Shown here piece by piece: positions 39,124 through 48,909 of a stretch of DNA of 64,000 nt (position 1 is the first letter of the stretch; each line of letters opens with the position of its first letter). Origin of the DNA: Gammaproteobacteria bacterium (GTDB taxonomy: Bacteria > Pseudomonadota > Gammaproteobacteria > JABABF01); contig OZ250153.1 of NCBI GenBank assembly GCA_965237805.1, positions 1,013,816 through 1,077,815 of the forward strand. The letters run 5' to 3'. The notes under the pieces are model-generated. The model was not told where the DNA came from. It did no database searches and worked only from the letters and a program-made list of their open reading frames with translations. The translations under genes and the position numbers were made by a program.

Positions 39124-40140
39124 CTACATTTTGGGAGGCAAAAAATCCTCATTTAATTGTCTGCAGATCTGCTCCGTCAACCGCCCCCCATGGAGCTTCG
39201 CCAAATGCGCTGCGACATAATTGGCAAAATTCCCCGCATGCAGCAGCGAGTAGCCCCTGATCAGGCTGTAGAGAAAAACGCCGGCAAAGGCATCGCCAGC
39301 GCCGTTGGTGTTGATGGGCACAACGGGGTGCGGCTCAATCTGAGTCGTCTGCCCCTCATGTATCAGTATCGCGCCATCCGCACCAGCGGTGACAACGACA
39401 CAGCGTGCGAGCGCGGCCAACGCCGGCGATGCGCTCTCCAGCGTGTCGGCACCGCTCCAAGCCAAGGCCTCGGCGCGATTGCAGAACAGCAAGTCGACGC
39501 CATCGTCTCCGAATAGCTGGTCTAGGCCCTCGCGACAATGTTTGACGATATTGACATCGGACAAGCTGATGGCGATTGGGACAGCAGCGGCGGTGGCCAA
39601 GCGGCGCGCATGCAATGCCACTTCCAAGCCGTTTTCAGAGCCGACCAAATAGCCTTCTATATAGGCGTAGCGGGATGCGGCCAAGGCTGCGGCATCGATG
39701 TCGTCGGGAGCGATGTCCAGATTGGAGCCGAGTGCCGTCTGTAGCGTGCGCTCGGCATCACCGGTGAGTAGAACCAAGCAACGTCCGGTAGGCTGACCAC
39801 CCTGCACCCCACCCAGAGGACGGTATCCGATTCCAGCCTGCGCGAGGCCGCGCAAAAAGATCTCACCCATCGCGTCGTTGTCGACACGGCAGGCAAAGTA
39901 GGCATTGGCACCCAAGTGGCTGGCCGTGATCACCGCATTGGCCGCCGAGCCGCCACAGGACTCACCGTATATCTTGCCCTGTGCACCGAGCTGTTCGATA
40001 TTCCGTTGCACGTCCTCATGACTACTGAGCGTCATGGATCCCTTGTCCAAGCCAAGCTCGGACAACAAGGGGGCGTCGACATGGCATTCTATGTCGAGCA
40101 AGGCGGCACCCACGCCAAATAAATCGTAGCGACCGACCAT
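39124..40140 (-). CDS. PfkB-family carbohydrate/nucleoside kinase (adenosine kinase-like)
   Basis: ...CGGSAANAV... and C-terminal NTNGAGDAFAGVFLY (PfkB signature 2). Start at MVGRYDLFGVG. Confidence 0.7.
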   Translation of the reverse strand: MVGRYDLFGVGAALLDIECHVDAPLLSELGLDKGSMTLSSHEDVQRNIEQLGAQGKIYGESCGGSAANAVITASHLGANAYFACRVDNDAMGEIFLRGLAQAGIGYRPLGGVQGGQPTGRCLVLLTGDAERTLQTALGSNLDIAPDDIDAAALAASRYAYIEGYLVGSENGLEVALHARRLATAAAVPIAISLSDVNIVKHCREGLDQLFGDDGVDLLFCNRAEALAWSGADTLESASPALAALARCVVVTAGADGAILIHEGQTTQIEPHPVVPINTNGAGDAFAGVFLYSLIRGYSLLHAGNFANYVAAHLAKLHGGRLTEQICRQLNEDFLPPKM

Positions 40141-40303
40141 CTCAAGCAACCCAGACAATCGCGGAATAAGCGTTTTAGTATAGCAATGCAACAGTGCAAG
40201 GATCGGTGCCCATCATGGTGATAGGTGCCGAGCACGTCCAGCTGGTAGCGTGTGGCGCACCGGACACAGACCGCAACCAAGGCCGAGCCAAAGCGGCGTC
40301 AAG

Positions 40304-40377
40304 TGGCTACGGGTGGACTTGAACCACCGACCCCGGCATTATGAGTGCCGTGCTCTAACCAACTGAGCTACGTAGCC
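40304..40377 (-). tRNA. tRNA-Met (anticodon CAU, elongator type); CCA not encoded
   Basis: Minus-strand sequence GGCTACGTAGCTCAGTTGGTTAGAGCACGGCACTCATAATGCCGGGGTCGGTGGTTCAAGTCCACCCGTAGCCA folds as a cloverleaf with a G1-C72 pair. Near-identical to E. coli metT/metU elongator tRNA in the acceptor, D and anticodon arms. Confidence 0.85.
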
Positions 40378-40404
40378 GCTCGGTAGCAGCTGATTAAGAG
40401 TTTA

Positions 40405-40434
40405 ATTGTCGCCACTGGCAGGTCACCATGTCAA
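40405..40434 (-). promoter_or_regulatory. candidate sigma70 promoter for tRNA-Met (TTGACA - 18 nt - GACAAT)
   Basis: Minus strand: TTGACA at 40434..40429 and GACAAT at 40410..40405, ~27 nt upstream of the tRNA 5' end. Confidence 0.3.
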
Positions 40435-40493
40435 ACCGCCATGACCTCAACCGGTTGGTATTCCCGCCGCAGTACAGCGTCGCTCGCGGCGAG

Positions 40494-41192
40494 CTATCCG
40501 TCACTGAAGCGGGGGTAGATATCAAAGCGCACCAGTTTGCCCCGCAAACTGTGGGCGGGCGGGTGACCCGACAACGGTGGCGAGCGCAGGGGGCGTTTGA
40601 CCACCACTCGATAGCGTGCGCTGCGCAGTGCCAAGGCCAACAAGGCATCGTCCTGCGCTGACTCGACAGTGCTGGCAAGCGCCCACAGAGCGCGCGCCGA
40701 CTTTTTTGTCAGCGCAACCTTGCGTCGCAATGGAAACATCGGATCCAAATAGACCACATCAAAGCGGGTGTCGGGCAATAACAAGTGCGCATCGCAAACC
40801 CGCAAGGACATGCGCGCCGCAATCGCCGCCAGCTTGCCGCTGGCCGAACGAGCACGGCTCAAAGCGTCTAACAACAGGGTGGCGACCACCGGATGCCGCT
40901 CACACATGGCCACCCGGCAACCGGCCGAGGCCAGCACATAGGCATCTGTGCCGAGGCCAGCCGTCGCGTCCAGCACTTCGGGTGCCCGGCCACCAACGGT
41001 GCCGACGGCGCGGCGCAACAAGCTCGCCCCTTGGCTGCGCCGCCGCAAATTGGGGGCGCTGAAATCTTGGCGCAGCGAGGCGGCAACACCGCTGTCATCG
41101 CACAGCACCAATCCTTCCGGGTGCAAGCCCAAGCGCCAACCTGCACCGGGCGAGCTGGCGATGCGGGCATCGCGCCGACGGCTCAGGAGCAA
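40494..41192 (-). CDS. rsmJ: 16S rRNA (guanine1516-N2)-methyltransferase RsmJ
   Basis: VLDATAGLGTDAYVLASAGCRV...VVYLDPMFP... matches RsmJ/YhiQ. Confidence 0.8.
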   Translation of the reverse strand: MLLSRRRDARIASSPGAGWRLGLHPEGLVLCDDSGVAASLRQDFSAPNLRRRSQGASLLRRAVGTVGGRAPEVLDATAGLGTDAYVLASAGCRVAMCERHPVVATLLLDALSRARSASGKLAAIAARMSLRVCDAHLLLPDTRFDVVYLDPMFPLRRKVALTKKSARALWALASTVESAQDDALLALALRSARYRVVVKRPLRSPPLSGHPPAHSLRGKLVRFDIYPRFSDG

Positions 41193-42286
41193 CCCTCCCA
41201 GACCGCCCGCAACGCTGGCTCATCGTCAAACTCGAGCAAGCGCGAGCTACCGATGGCATCGAGCAACACCAGACGCAACCGCCCCGCACGCCGCTTTTTG
41301 TCTTGCCACATGGCCGCGATCAACGCATCCGTCGCCAAGCCGGGCGGCGGGCGCACTGGCAAGTCCAGCGTCGACAACAGCGCCTCAATACGCTCCGCCG
41401 CTGCACTGTCCAACATGCCGCAGCGCACCGACAGGCGAGCGGCGAGAGCCATGCCCACCGACACTGCCTCGCCGTGCCTAAGCCCTCGGTAGGACTCCAC
41501 CGTTTCGATGGCATGCGCAAAACTGTGCCCGAGATTGAGCAGAGCACGACGACCACCTGTCTCGCGCTCATCAGCGACGACGATGTCCGCCTTGTGCGCG
41601 CAGGAACGCCGTATCGCCTCGAGCTGAGCTCCCGCTTCCCGCTGCAACAGCGCCTCGCTATGGCCTTCCAGCCAGCCGAAGAAAACGGCATCTCCCAACA
41701 AACCGTACTTGATCACCTCGGCGAGGCCAGCGCGGTAATCGCGTAGCGGCAGGCTGGACAGCGTGTCGACATCGGCGATCACGCAACGCGGTTGATGGAA
41801 AGCGCCGATCATATTTTTGCCAGCGAGATGATCCACCGCTGTTTTGCCACCCACCGAGGCATCCACCTGCGCCAGCAGCGTGGTCGGCAATTGCAAATAG
41901 TCGACGCCGCGCAGATAGGTCGCGGCGGCAAAACCACACATATCGCCGACCACGCCGCCACCCAAGGCCAATAAGCTCACATCGCGGTCGGCACCGGCCT
42001 CAATCAGGGCGTCGTAGATGCGTGCCAAGCCGGTCAAATTCTTGTGCTGTTCGCCATCTGGCAACACCAGTGCAGCGCAACGTAGCCCCGGCAACGACGA
42101 CAGCACCGCCCGCAACGGCTCCAAGTACAAGGGTGCCACCCGTTCATCGCTGACGACCATGGCCAGCGGCCCCGGTATCGCCGCACGCAACAACTCGCCA
42201 TCGCCGAGCAGGCCTGCACCGATGTGGATATCGTAGGCGCGCTCAGCCAACGCCACGGTCAGGCGATGGCGCTCCGAGCGACTCAC
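41183..42286 (-). CDS. aroB: 3-dehydroquinate synthase
   Basis: GGGVVGDMCGFAAATYLRG, ...QLPTTLLAQVDASVGGKTAV... Start assigned to a GTG 5 nt after the aroK stop; low certainty. Confidence 0.9.
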   Translation of the reverse strand: MSRSERHRLTVALAERAYDIHIGAGLLGDGELLRAAIPGPLAMVVSDERVAPLYLEPLRAVLSSLPGLRCAALVLPDGEQHKNLTGLARIYDALIEAGADRDVSLLALGGGVVGDMCGFAAATYLRGVDYLQLPTTLLAQVDASVGGKTAVDHLAGKNMIGAFHQPRCVIADVDTLSSLPLRDYRAGLAEVIKYGLLGDAVFFGWLEGHSEALLQREAGAQLEAIRRSCAHKADIVVADERETGGRRALLNLGHSFAHAIETVESYRGLRHGEAVSVGMALAARLSVRCGMLDSAAAERIEALLSTLDLPVRPPPGLATDALIAAMWQDKKRRAGRLRLVLLDAIGSSRLLEFDDEPALRAVWEGCS

Positions 42287-42290
42287 GACA

Positions 42291-42809
42291 TCAGCCCAGT
42301 TGATCCATGATGCACTGGGCGACGACGGCAGGAACACCGTCGCCATCCACCTCGTGGTCGGCAAGCTCTCGATACAGCGGATCGCGCTCTGCCAACAGCC
42401 GCCTCAGCGTGTGACTGGGATCGTCATCGCGGAGCAGCGGGCGCGACGTGCTACCGCTGAGACGTGTCAATGCCTGTTCCAAGCTGACGCGCAAGTAGAC
42501 CACCTCAGCACAACGCTTCAACACGGCGCGGTTGCCCGCCGCCAACACGGCACCGCCACCAGTGGCCAACACGACGCCGCGCTGCGCCGCCAGCGCAGCC
42601 AGCGCCTCAGCTTCGAGGCGACGGAAGTAGGGCTCGCCGCGACCTTCAAACAATTCCGCAATGCTACAACCGGCGCGGCGCTCGATTTCCGCATCACAAT
42701 CCAAGAAAGGGCGCTGCAGGCTCTCGGCGAGACAACGACCGACGGTGCTCTTGCCCGCCCCCATCAAACCGATTAATGCGATATTGTCGCGCCCACGCAC
42801 CGCCATCAT
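42291..42809 (-). CDS. aroK: shikimate kinase
   Basis: NIALIGLMGAGKSTVGRCLA... Walker A; ~172 aa. Confidence 0.9.
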   Translation of the reverse strand: MMAVRGRDNIALIGLMGAGKSTVGRCLAESLQRPFLDCDAEIERRAGCSIAELFEGRGEPYFRRLEAEALAALAAQRGVVLATGGGAVLAAGNRAVLKRCAEVVYLRVSLEQALTRLSGSTSRPLLRDDDPSHTLRRLLAERDPLYRELADHEVDGDGVPAVVAQCIMDQLG

Positions 42810-42890
42810 GACTACCGCCGCAACACATCCCGCCACCCTAGTGCCAATTATCCCACAGCGGCAAGGCGGTGGCGACAACCCCACGATGAC

Positions 42891-44375
42891 TCATTCGCCG
42901 GGCAAAATATGTGGAGTGATGAACACCAAGGTCTCTGTTTTTAGGCTACTGCTGGTCTGACGGCGAAACAACCGTCCCAGCAATGGCAGGCTGCCGAGCA
43001 ACGGCACGCGCAACTCTGAGCGTAGCAGCTCCTCACGCAGTATGCCGCCCAACACCACCGTCTCGCCATTACGCGCCAGTACGCGGGTGCGCAGCTCGGT
43101 AGTATCAATGCTCGGCAGAACCGCGCTACCACTATCCACCACACTACCGGGTGCATCTTGATTGACCACCAACTCTAAGAGGATGTGATCGTCTGCGGTG
43201 ATGGCTGGCGTCACCTCCAAAGCTAATACTGCATCCTTGAAACGCACAGTAGTGCCGCCGTTTTCAGCTGACTCCTGAAAGGGAATCTGGGTGCCCGAAC
43301 GCACCGTCGCTGTATGCCGATCGCTGGTGACGATGCGCGGACGGGCGATGACTTCGCCCAAACCTTTGCTTTCCAGCGCCGCCAAAGCCAGCGAGAGCCA
43401 CGCCGAATTGCCAGTCACACCGATGCTGAAGCCAGCCTGGCCACCACCGAAGTCCACAGCGAGGCCAGTGGCATCAGCGAGCGCCCCGCTATTGCGGTGG
43501 CTGCGCAATAGCGCTTGGGTGGAATCGTCATCCGCCCCAAGCGCGACCGAGGCGGAGCCCAGGCGATCTGCAGCCGCCAACCGCCAACGCACCCCGAGCT
43601 GGTTGACAGCATCGGCGCGCACCATGACGATGCGTGCCTCTATCGACACTTGACGCACCGGCACATCGGCCAGCGCCACCAATTCCCGCAGGCGATGCCG
43701 CTGAGCGGCATCGCCGCTTAAAAACAGTGTGTTGATGCGCATATCCACCGCCACATGCGCTCCCTCGACGGCCATCCGCAACAGCTCCGCCACATCGGCG
43801 GCGGCGGCAAAGTGTAGCGGCAATGCCGACACCTCCATAGCTGCTCGCGCCGCCGCTCGCCGCCACACGCGCAACAGCCGCCCATCACGGCTCGCGCTGA
43901 GGCTGTGCTGCTCCAGCAACAGCTGCCATGCCTGCTGCCACGACACCCTCACCAAGCGCAGCGTTACCCGGCCATCGAGCTCTGGTGCCAACAGCAAGTT
44001 CAGCCCGCGCAGCTCGGCCAGCTGATACAGCAGCGGGCGCAGGGCAACATCGCGCAATTCGAGGTCCCAAGAACTCTCCTGAGCGGTCGGCGATGGCTCC
44101 AATGCCATACGGCGCAGGCTGCCGTCGGCAGCGGCGTGCAGGCTCCAGCGCCGCGCACCATCGCGCAGCAAGCCCACCGCCAAGCCATCCGCTGCCGCTG
44201 TGCTGAGCGCCGGTTGTAGCGCAAATGGGGAGGCCAGCTCGGCCAGCGGCGCAGGGGATGGTTTAGCTGACGTCCGCGCTGTGAGCACAGCGGGACAACA
44301 CAGCACCAAACAAGCCCAAAGCGCACAACGTGGCCACAAAATATCGACCAGCTGTCGTCTCCGCAACGGATTCAT
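42891..44375 (-). CDS. pilQ: type IV pilus secretin PilQ
   Basis: Signal peptide, then a C-terminal secretin domain (...VIARPRIVTSDRHTATVRSGTQIPF..., ...ETLVFITPHILP). Position between pilO-like and aroK. ATG at 44375 overlaps the pilO-like stop. Confidence 0.8.
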   Translation of the reverse strand: MNPLRRRQLVDILWPRCALWACLVLCCPAVLTARTSAKPSPAPLAELASPFALQPALSTAAADGLAVGLLRDGARRWSLHAAADGSLRRMALEPSPTAQESSWDLELRDVALRPLLYQLAELRGLNLLLAPELDGRVTLRLVRVSWQQAWQLLLEQHSLSASRDGRLLRVWRRAAARAAMEVSALPLHFAAAADVAELLRMAVEGAHVAVDMRINTLFLSGDAAQRHRLRELVALADVPVRQVSIEARIVMVRADAVNQLGVRWRLAAADRLGSASVALGADDDSTQALLRSHRNSGALADATGLAVDFGGGQAGFSIGVTGNSAWLSLALAALESKGLGEVIARPRIVTSDRHTATVRSGTQIPFQESAENGGTTVRFKDAVLALEVTPAITADDHILLELVVNQDAPGSVVDSGSAVLPSIDTTELRTRVLARNGETVVLGGILREELLRSELRVPLLGSLPLLGRLFRRQTSSSLKTETLVFITPHILPGE

Positions 44376-44905
44376 CACTCAGCTGGCCCGTCACAGCAGA
44401 TCGCCAGCTCTGTCTCCAAGCGCAACGGTGCCGAGAGTTGCTCCGGAGACGCTGGCACCAAGCGGATCCAGCGCGGTTTCACCGGCCACGGCAAGCTGCC
44501 CAGACGGCGAAAGAAGCTGGCGATGCCGACATAGGATCCGTCAGCCGACAGCCGCAACACAACGGCGGTGCCGTCCTCCCGCGCCGTCGCCGGTGCCACA
44601 ACTAAGCGATGCAGCCGCAGGCCACCCCGCTCGGCGGCGGTAGCGATCCCTGCCAACAGCTCGGCGGAATCCAGCGCTGGCAACGCCCGCAGCGCAGCAA
44701 GCGTCGGCCAGCTAGGCGGCGCGGCCAGCTCGCGTGCGAGCTGCTCGGCCTCGACTCGCTCGCGCAACAGTGCACGCTGCACCGGCCATGCCAACACAAC
44801 ACAGCCAAGGCTAAGCGAGCACAGAAAAACCGCGGCTAACAGCCAGCGCGGGTGCCGCTGCCAAGCGGCGGCGGGACGCGGCCAGCTAGCGACGAGAACC
44901 GTCAC
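44375..44905 (-). CDS. pilO: PilO-like pilus assembly protein (N-terminal TM + coiled coil)
   Basis: TM (WLLAAVFLCSLSLGCVVLAW), coiled coil (VQRALLRERVEAEQLAREL) and a C-terminal domain resembling PilO. GTG start overlaps the pilMN stop. Could alternatively stand in for PilP (lipobox-like LSLGC is a weak match). Confidence 0.5.
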   Translation of the reverse strand: MTVLVASWPRPAAAWQRHPRWLLAAVFLCSLSLGCVVLAWPVQRALLRERVEAEQLARELAAPPSWPTLAALRALPALDSAELLAGIATAAERGGLRLHRLVVAPATAREDGTAVVLRLSADGSYVGIASFFRRLGSLPWPVKPRWIRLVPASPEQLSAPLRLETELAICCDGPAE

Positions 44906-46281
44906 GGCGATGGCACCGCCAAGCCACCGGTATCCAGCGACAGCGAAGCCTCCAATACAAAGTGTTGCGCCGGGGGGCCGGACGCCAGCGCCTGCAACTG
45001 CCGCAGCTCGACACGCCGAAACAATGCTTGTGCCTCGATACCCTCCATCAGCTGCGAGACGGCGGCCAGATGCCTAGCCCTGCCCTCCAGCCGCAACACC
45101 TCGCCCTGCAGCTCGACACGCTCGTAGCGCGCAGCCGCCGGACGCACTACGGAAAGCGGTACCCACAGCTCCTCCGCTATTCGCTGGGCGCGACGCCAAC
45201 GGGCGCGGCGCTCGACCTCAGAGGCGCGTCTAAGCGCAGTGCGCTGATGTCGAAGACGGACTTTGTCAGCGCGTTGTCGCACCGTGCCGAGCTGATGGCG
45301 ATGTGCCGCATTTTGCGCTAGCTGTAGCGTGCCGCCGCGTTGCAAAGCACCGCGTACGGCCAGCGCCGCGCCTTGGCCGAGCAACAACAGCACCATCGCT
45401 ACGGCGAGCCAGCGGCTGCCAGCTCGGCGGCGGCGGCGAGCCCGCCACGGCAGCAGATTATGGCCACCACCAGCGGCGAGGCCGATCGCAACGCGCCACG
45501 ACTGAGACAGCTCGCCAACCATGCCATCCCCGATCCCCGACACGCGCAAGCCTCCCGCCAATAACTGTGCCCCGCGCCGTTCGGCCGCAGCGGCTGGCAT
45601 CAAGCGCTCAAGTCGCAGCCCGACAGCCCGCGCCAGCTCGATCGCAGCTCGGCACTCCGCACGATGACACGCGACCAACTCCAGCGAGCGCTCGGCAACC
45701 CCCGCCACAGCGCCGGGCACCGCCATAGTCGGGGCGGCGAGGCCCCCGCCTCGCCATTCAGCCACCCCGATCGCGTGCTCCGTGACACAGCCGCCAGCTG
45801 CGGCCTCAGCCACAGGCCGCAAAACCCCGGCACCAAACGTTGCCAGCGACTCCCCACGAACCACGACACCGCCGTCCGCCGCGGGCTCGGCAGCTGCCGA
45901 CAGCACATAGTCCAGTGCCAATTCGGAGGGTGGCAATGGCACCATGCATTCAGCCTCGGCCAGCAGCGCCAATGCCAACTCTCCCTCTGTCATCGCCTCG
46001 CTGACAGCGAGCTGACGCCGGACCACCACCGCTTCTGGCAGCGCCATCGCGACCCGGCACGGCGCTGTGGACAGCTGCCGCAAGGCGCTGGACAATGCCC
46101 CCGCAAGCGACTCTGCCGAGCCCCACTCCCAAGCAATCGCTTCACAGACGGCTGGTTGTGTCCCGCCGCGCTGCAACGCCAGCGCGGCCAAGCACAGCTG
46201 CCGCCCGGCAGTATCCACCACCACCCCCAACTCCGGCACCGAAGCACGCCGCCACCGAAGTCGCCCCGGCCATTGCCACAC
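44902..46281 (-). CDS. pilM: type IV pilus assembly protein PilM fused in-frame to PilN
   Basis: PilM-like actin-fold region (LGVVVDTAGRQLCLAALALQRGG ... WRVAIGLAAGG) runs directly into PilN's hallmark N-terminus (HNLLPWRARRRRR) followed by the PilN TM (WLAVAMVLLLLG). No stop between them. Start assigned to GTG 46281, preceded by AGGGAG SD. The upstream ATGs would collide with the divergent ponA start at 46356. Confidence 0.7.
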   Translation of the reverse strand: MWQWPGRLRWRRASVPELGVVVDTAGRQLCLAALALQRGGTQPAVCEAIAWEWGSAESLAGALSSALRQLSTAPCRVAMALPEAVVVRRQLAVSEAMTEGELALALLAEAECMVPLPPSELALDYVLSAAAEPAADGGVVVRGESLATFGAGVLRPVAEAAAGGCVTEHAIGVAEWRGGGLAAPTMAVPGAVAGVAERSLELVACHRAECRAAIELARAVGLRLERLMPAAAAERRGAQLLAGGLRVSGIGDGMVGELSQSWRVAIGLAAGGGHNLLPWRARRRRRAGSRWLAVAMVLLLLGQGAALAVRGALQRGGTLQLAQNAAHRHQLGTVRQRADKVRLRHQRTALRRASEVERRARWRRAQRIAEELWVPLSVVRPAAARYERVELQGEVLRLEGRARHLAAVSQLMEGIEAQALFRRVELRQLQALASGPPAQHFVLEASLSLDTGGLAVPSP

Positions 46282-46310
46282 AGCGAGCTCCCTGTTGTTA
46301 CTCTGCCCTC

Positions 46311-46316
46311 TATAAT
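46311..46316 (+). promoter_or_regulatory. TATAAT -10 hexamer in the 74-bp pilMN/ponA divergent intergenic region
   Basis: Perfect TATAAT 40 nt upstream of the ponA ATG (AGGGA SD at 46352). Confidence 0.3.
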
Positions 46317-46355
46317 CTAGCGAAGAATCCTCCCTTCCCAGCCCATCAAATAGGG

Positions 46356-48872
46356 ATGCCATCCTCTCCTTTTGACAGCGCGGCCTCGCGCCCGCGGGGA
46401 TTCCACCTATACGCGCTGATCGTTCACACGAGTTTCGCCAGTCTCTGCGGCGGCATGTTGATGCTGGCCGGCGCATGGCTGTACCTGAGCCCGCAGCTAC
46501 CTGAGGTATCAGCGCTACGCGACATCGAATTGCAGATACCGATGCGAATCTATTCAAAAGATGGCCTGCTGATCGGCGAGTTCGGTGAGAAGCGCCGTAT
46601 TCCAGTGGCCTATGGTGATCTGCCGCAGCAGTTGATCGATGCTTTCCTGACCGCCGAAGACGACCGCTTCCTGAGCCATCCCGGCATCGATATCACCAGC
46701 TTGGCGCGGGCCATGCTGCAATACCTGAGCAGCGGCGATTTCAAAAGCGGCGGCAGTACTATCACGATGCAAGTCGCCCGCAACTATTTCCTTAGCCGCG
46801 AACGCACCATCGCCCGCAAACTCAATGAAATCCTGCTGGCGCTACAGATTGAACGCGAACTACAAAAAACTGAGATCTTGGCACTGTACATCAACAAAAT
46901 CTACCTCGGCCACCGCGCCTACGGAGCGGCAGCCGCCGCCCAAGTGTATTACGGCAAAAATCTAAAACAGCTCAGCTTGGCCGAGTGCGCCATGATCGCC
47001 GGCCTGCCCAAAGCACCGTCGGCCATCAACCCGCTGAGCAACCCTGAGCAGGCACTGGTGCGGCGCAACTGGATCCTCGACCGCATGTTCGCTTTGGGCT
47101 ACGCCGACGAAGCGGCTTGGCGCGAGGCCAGAGTGGCTCCGGTGACCGCCTACCGCCACGGGGCCCCCATCGAATTGAACGCCCGCTATGCGGCCGAGAT
47201 GGCACGCCGAGAGGTGATCCGCGACTTTGGCCTCTCCGCCTACACGCGCGGGCTACGCGTCTTCACCTCCGTCGATAGCCACCTCCAGCGTGCGGCGCAA
47301 CAGGCGACGATCACCGGCTTGCAAAACTACGACCGGCGCCATGGCTATCGCGGCGCGACGCCGCTGCTCGCCCGGCCAGCCACAGCGGATACCCCAGGCG
47401 AGCCAGTGCGCCCAGATGACAAGATAGTGACGCTGCTGGATGCTTTGGCGCAACATCGTCCGGTGGCAATATGGCAACCGGCCATGGTGCTCGAATCCAC
47501 CGAGCGGCGGCTGGTCACGCTATTGCGGAACGGCGGCCGAGCGACGCTAAACTGGGAGCAGGGCTTGTCCAAAGCGGCACCATATATCAATGAGAACCGC
47601 ACTGGCCGGGCTCCGAAACAGGCAAGCGATGTGGCATTGCCCGGCGATTTGGTATGGCTGTGGCGAGAGGAGCTCGACGGGGCAGACACAACAACAAACA
47701 ACGGTTGGCGACTGGGGCAGCTGCCCGATATACAAGGCGCCCTAATCTCTATGGATACTGGTGACGGAGCCATCCGCGCCATGGTGGGCGGTCTCGACTT
47801 CAGGCGCAGCAACTTCAACCATGCCACCCAAGGGGAGCGTCAGCCGGGCTCTGGCTTCAAGCCCTTCATCTATGCCGCAGCACTGGACAGCGGGCTGAGC
47901 GCCGCCAGCATCTTCAACGACGCTCCGGTGGTCTTCGAAGATAAATTCCTAGAGGACTTCTGGCGCCCCTCCAATGCCAGCGGCCGCTTCAGCGGCCCGA
48001 CGCGACTGCGGGTGGCGCTGCGCCACTCCCGCAATTTGGTGTCGGTGCGCTTGCTACGCCATGTCGGTATCGGCAAGACGGTGGATTACCTCGCGCGCTT
48101 CGGCTTCGACACAAAGGCGATACCGCGCGACCTGTCCTTGGCGCTCGGTAGCTATGCCGTGACGCCACTGAAGCTCTGCACTGCCTACGCCAGCTTGGCC
48201 AATGGTGGCTATCGGGTCGCACCCTATCTAGTCGAACGCATCGATACGGATGACAAGCGCACGATCTTCCAAGCAGCGCCGAATGTGGTGCCCGACAGAG
48301 TCACCGCCTCGACCGCCGGGGTCACGACTGGCGCGCTGGCACCGCGCATCCTCGACAAGCGTGTCTCCTACATCTTGGATCACATGATGCAGGATGTGAT
48401 CCAGCGCGGCACCGGACGGCGCGCCCGGGTGCTGAGCCGCAGCGACTTGGCGGGGAAAACGGGTACAACCAACGGCCCGCGCGACGCTTGGTTCTCCGGC
48501 TACCACCCACAGCTGGCGACCATCGTCTGGGTCGGCTTCGACCAAAACCGGCTGCTCGGTGCCCGCGAACAAGGCGCGGCCACTGCCCTGCCGATATGGA
48601 TCGATTATATGCGTGAAGCGCTGGCCGGAGTGCCGATCAAGACGCGCGAGACACCAGACGGTGTGGTGGTGGCGCGCATCGACCAGACAACCGGTAAACC
48701 GGTGGCTCCGGGTCAAGCGGGCGGCATATTCGAAGTGTTCCGCAGGGAAAACACCCCGCTGCCAGCGACGGCTGCCAGCGACCGCGTCGAGGCAAACAGT
48801 CCACCCGCAGAGCAACAGCGTGATGCCGCCCAAACTCGGGAAAACGAGCGCCTGCTAGAAGATCTGTTCTGA
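46356..48872 (+). CDS. mrcA: penicillin-binding protein 1A (bifunctional transglycosylase/transpeptidase)
   Basis: N-terminal TM, GT51 motifs (EDDRFLSHPGID, GGSTITMQVARN), TPase SxxK/KTG(T) (...AGKTGTTN...); conserved divergent position next to pilM. Confidence 0.9.
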   Translation: MPSSPFDSAASRPRGFHLYALIVHTSFASLCGGMLMLAGAWLYLSPQLPEVSALRDIELQIPMRIYSKDGLLIGEFGEKRRIPVAYGDLPQQLIDAFLTAEDDRFLSHPGIDITSLARAMLQYLSSGDFKSGGSTITMQVARNYFLSRERTIARKLNEILLALQIERELQKTEILALYINKIYLGHRAYGAAAAAQVYYGKNLKQLSLAECAMIAGLPKAPSAINPLSNPEQALVRRNWILDRMFALGYADEAAWREARVAPVTAYRHGAPIELNARYAAEMARREVIRDFGLSAYTRGLRVFTSVDSHLQRAAQQATITGLQNYDRRHGYRGATPLLARPATADTPGEPVRPDDKIVTLLDALAQHRPVAIWQPAMVLESTERRLVTLLRNGGRATLNWEQGLSKAAPYINENRTGRAPKQASDVALPGDLVWLWREELDGADTTTNNGWRLGQLPDIQGALISMDTGDGAIRAMVGGLDFRRSNFNHATQGERQPGSGFKPFIYAAALDSGLSAASIFNDAPVVFEDKFLEDFWRPSNASGRFSGPTRLRVALRHSRNLVSVRLLRHVGIGKTVDYLARFGFDTKAIPRDLSLALGSYAVTPLKLCTAYASLANGGYRVAPYLVERIDTDDKRTIFQAAPNVVPDRVTASTAGVTTGALAPRILDKRVSYILDHMMQDVIQRGTGRRARVLSRSDLAGKTGTTNGPRDAWFSGYHPQLATIVWVGFDQNRLLGAREQGAATALPIWIDYMREALAGVPIKTRETPDGVVVARIDQTTGKPVAPGQAGGIFEVFRRENTPLPATAASDRVEANSPPAEQQRDAAQTRENERLLEDLF

Positions 48873-48909
48873 GGGACGCGCACCGACCCGGTCACTCAGA
48901 CGCAAGCGC

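Noticed and set aside
40304-40377. tRNA-Met as a possible genomic-island integration site
   Set aside because: Flanking genes on both sides are conserved housekeeping genes (pfkB kinase, rsmJ, aroBK). There is no integrase, no direct repeat of the tRNA 3' end, and no compositional shift.
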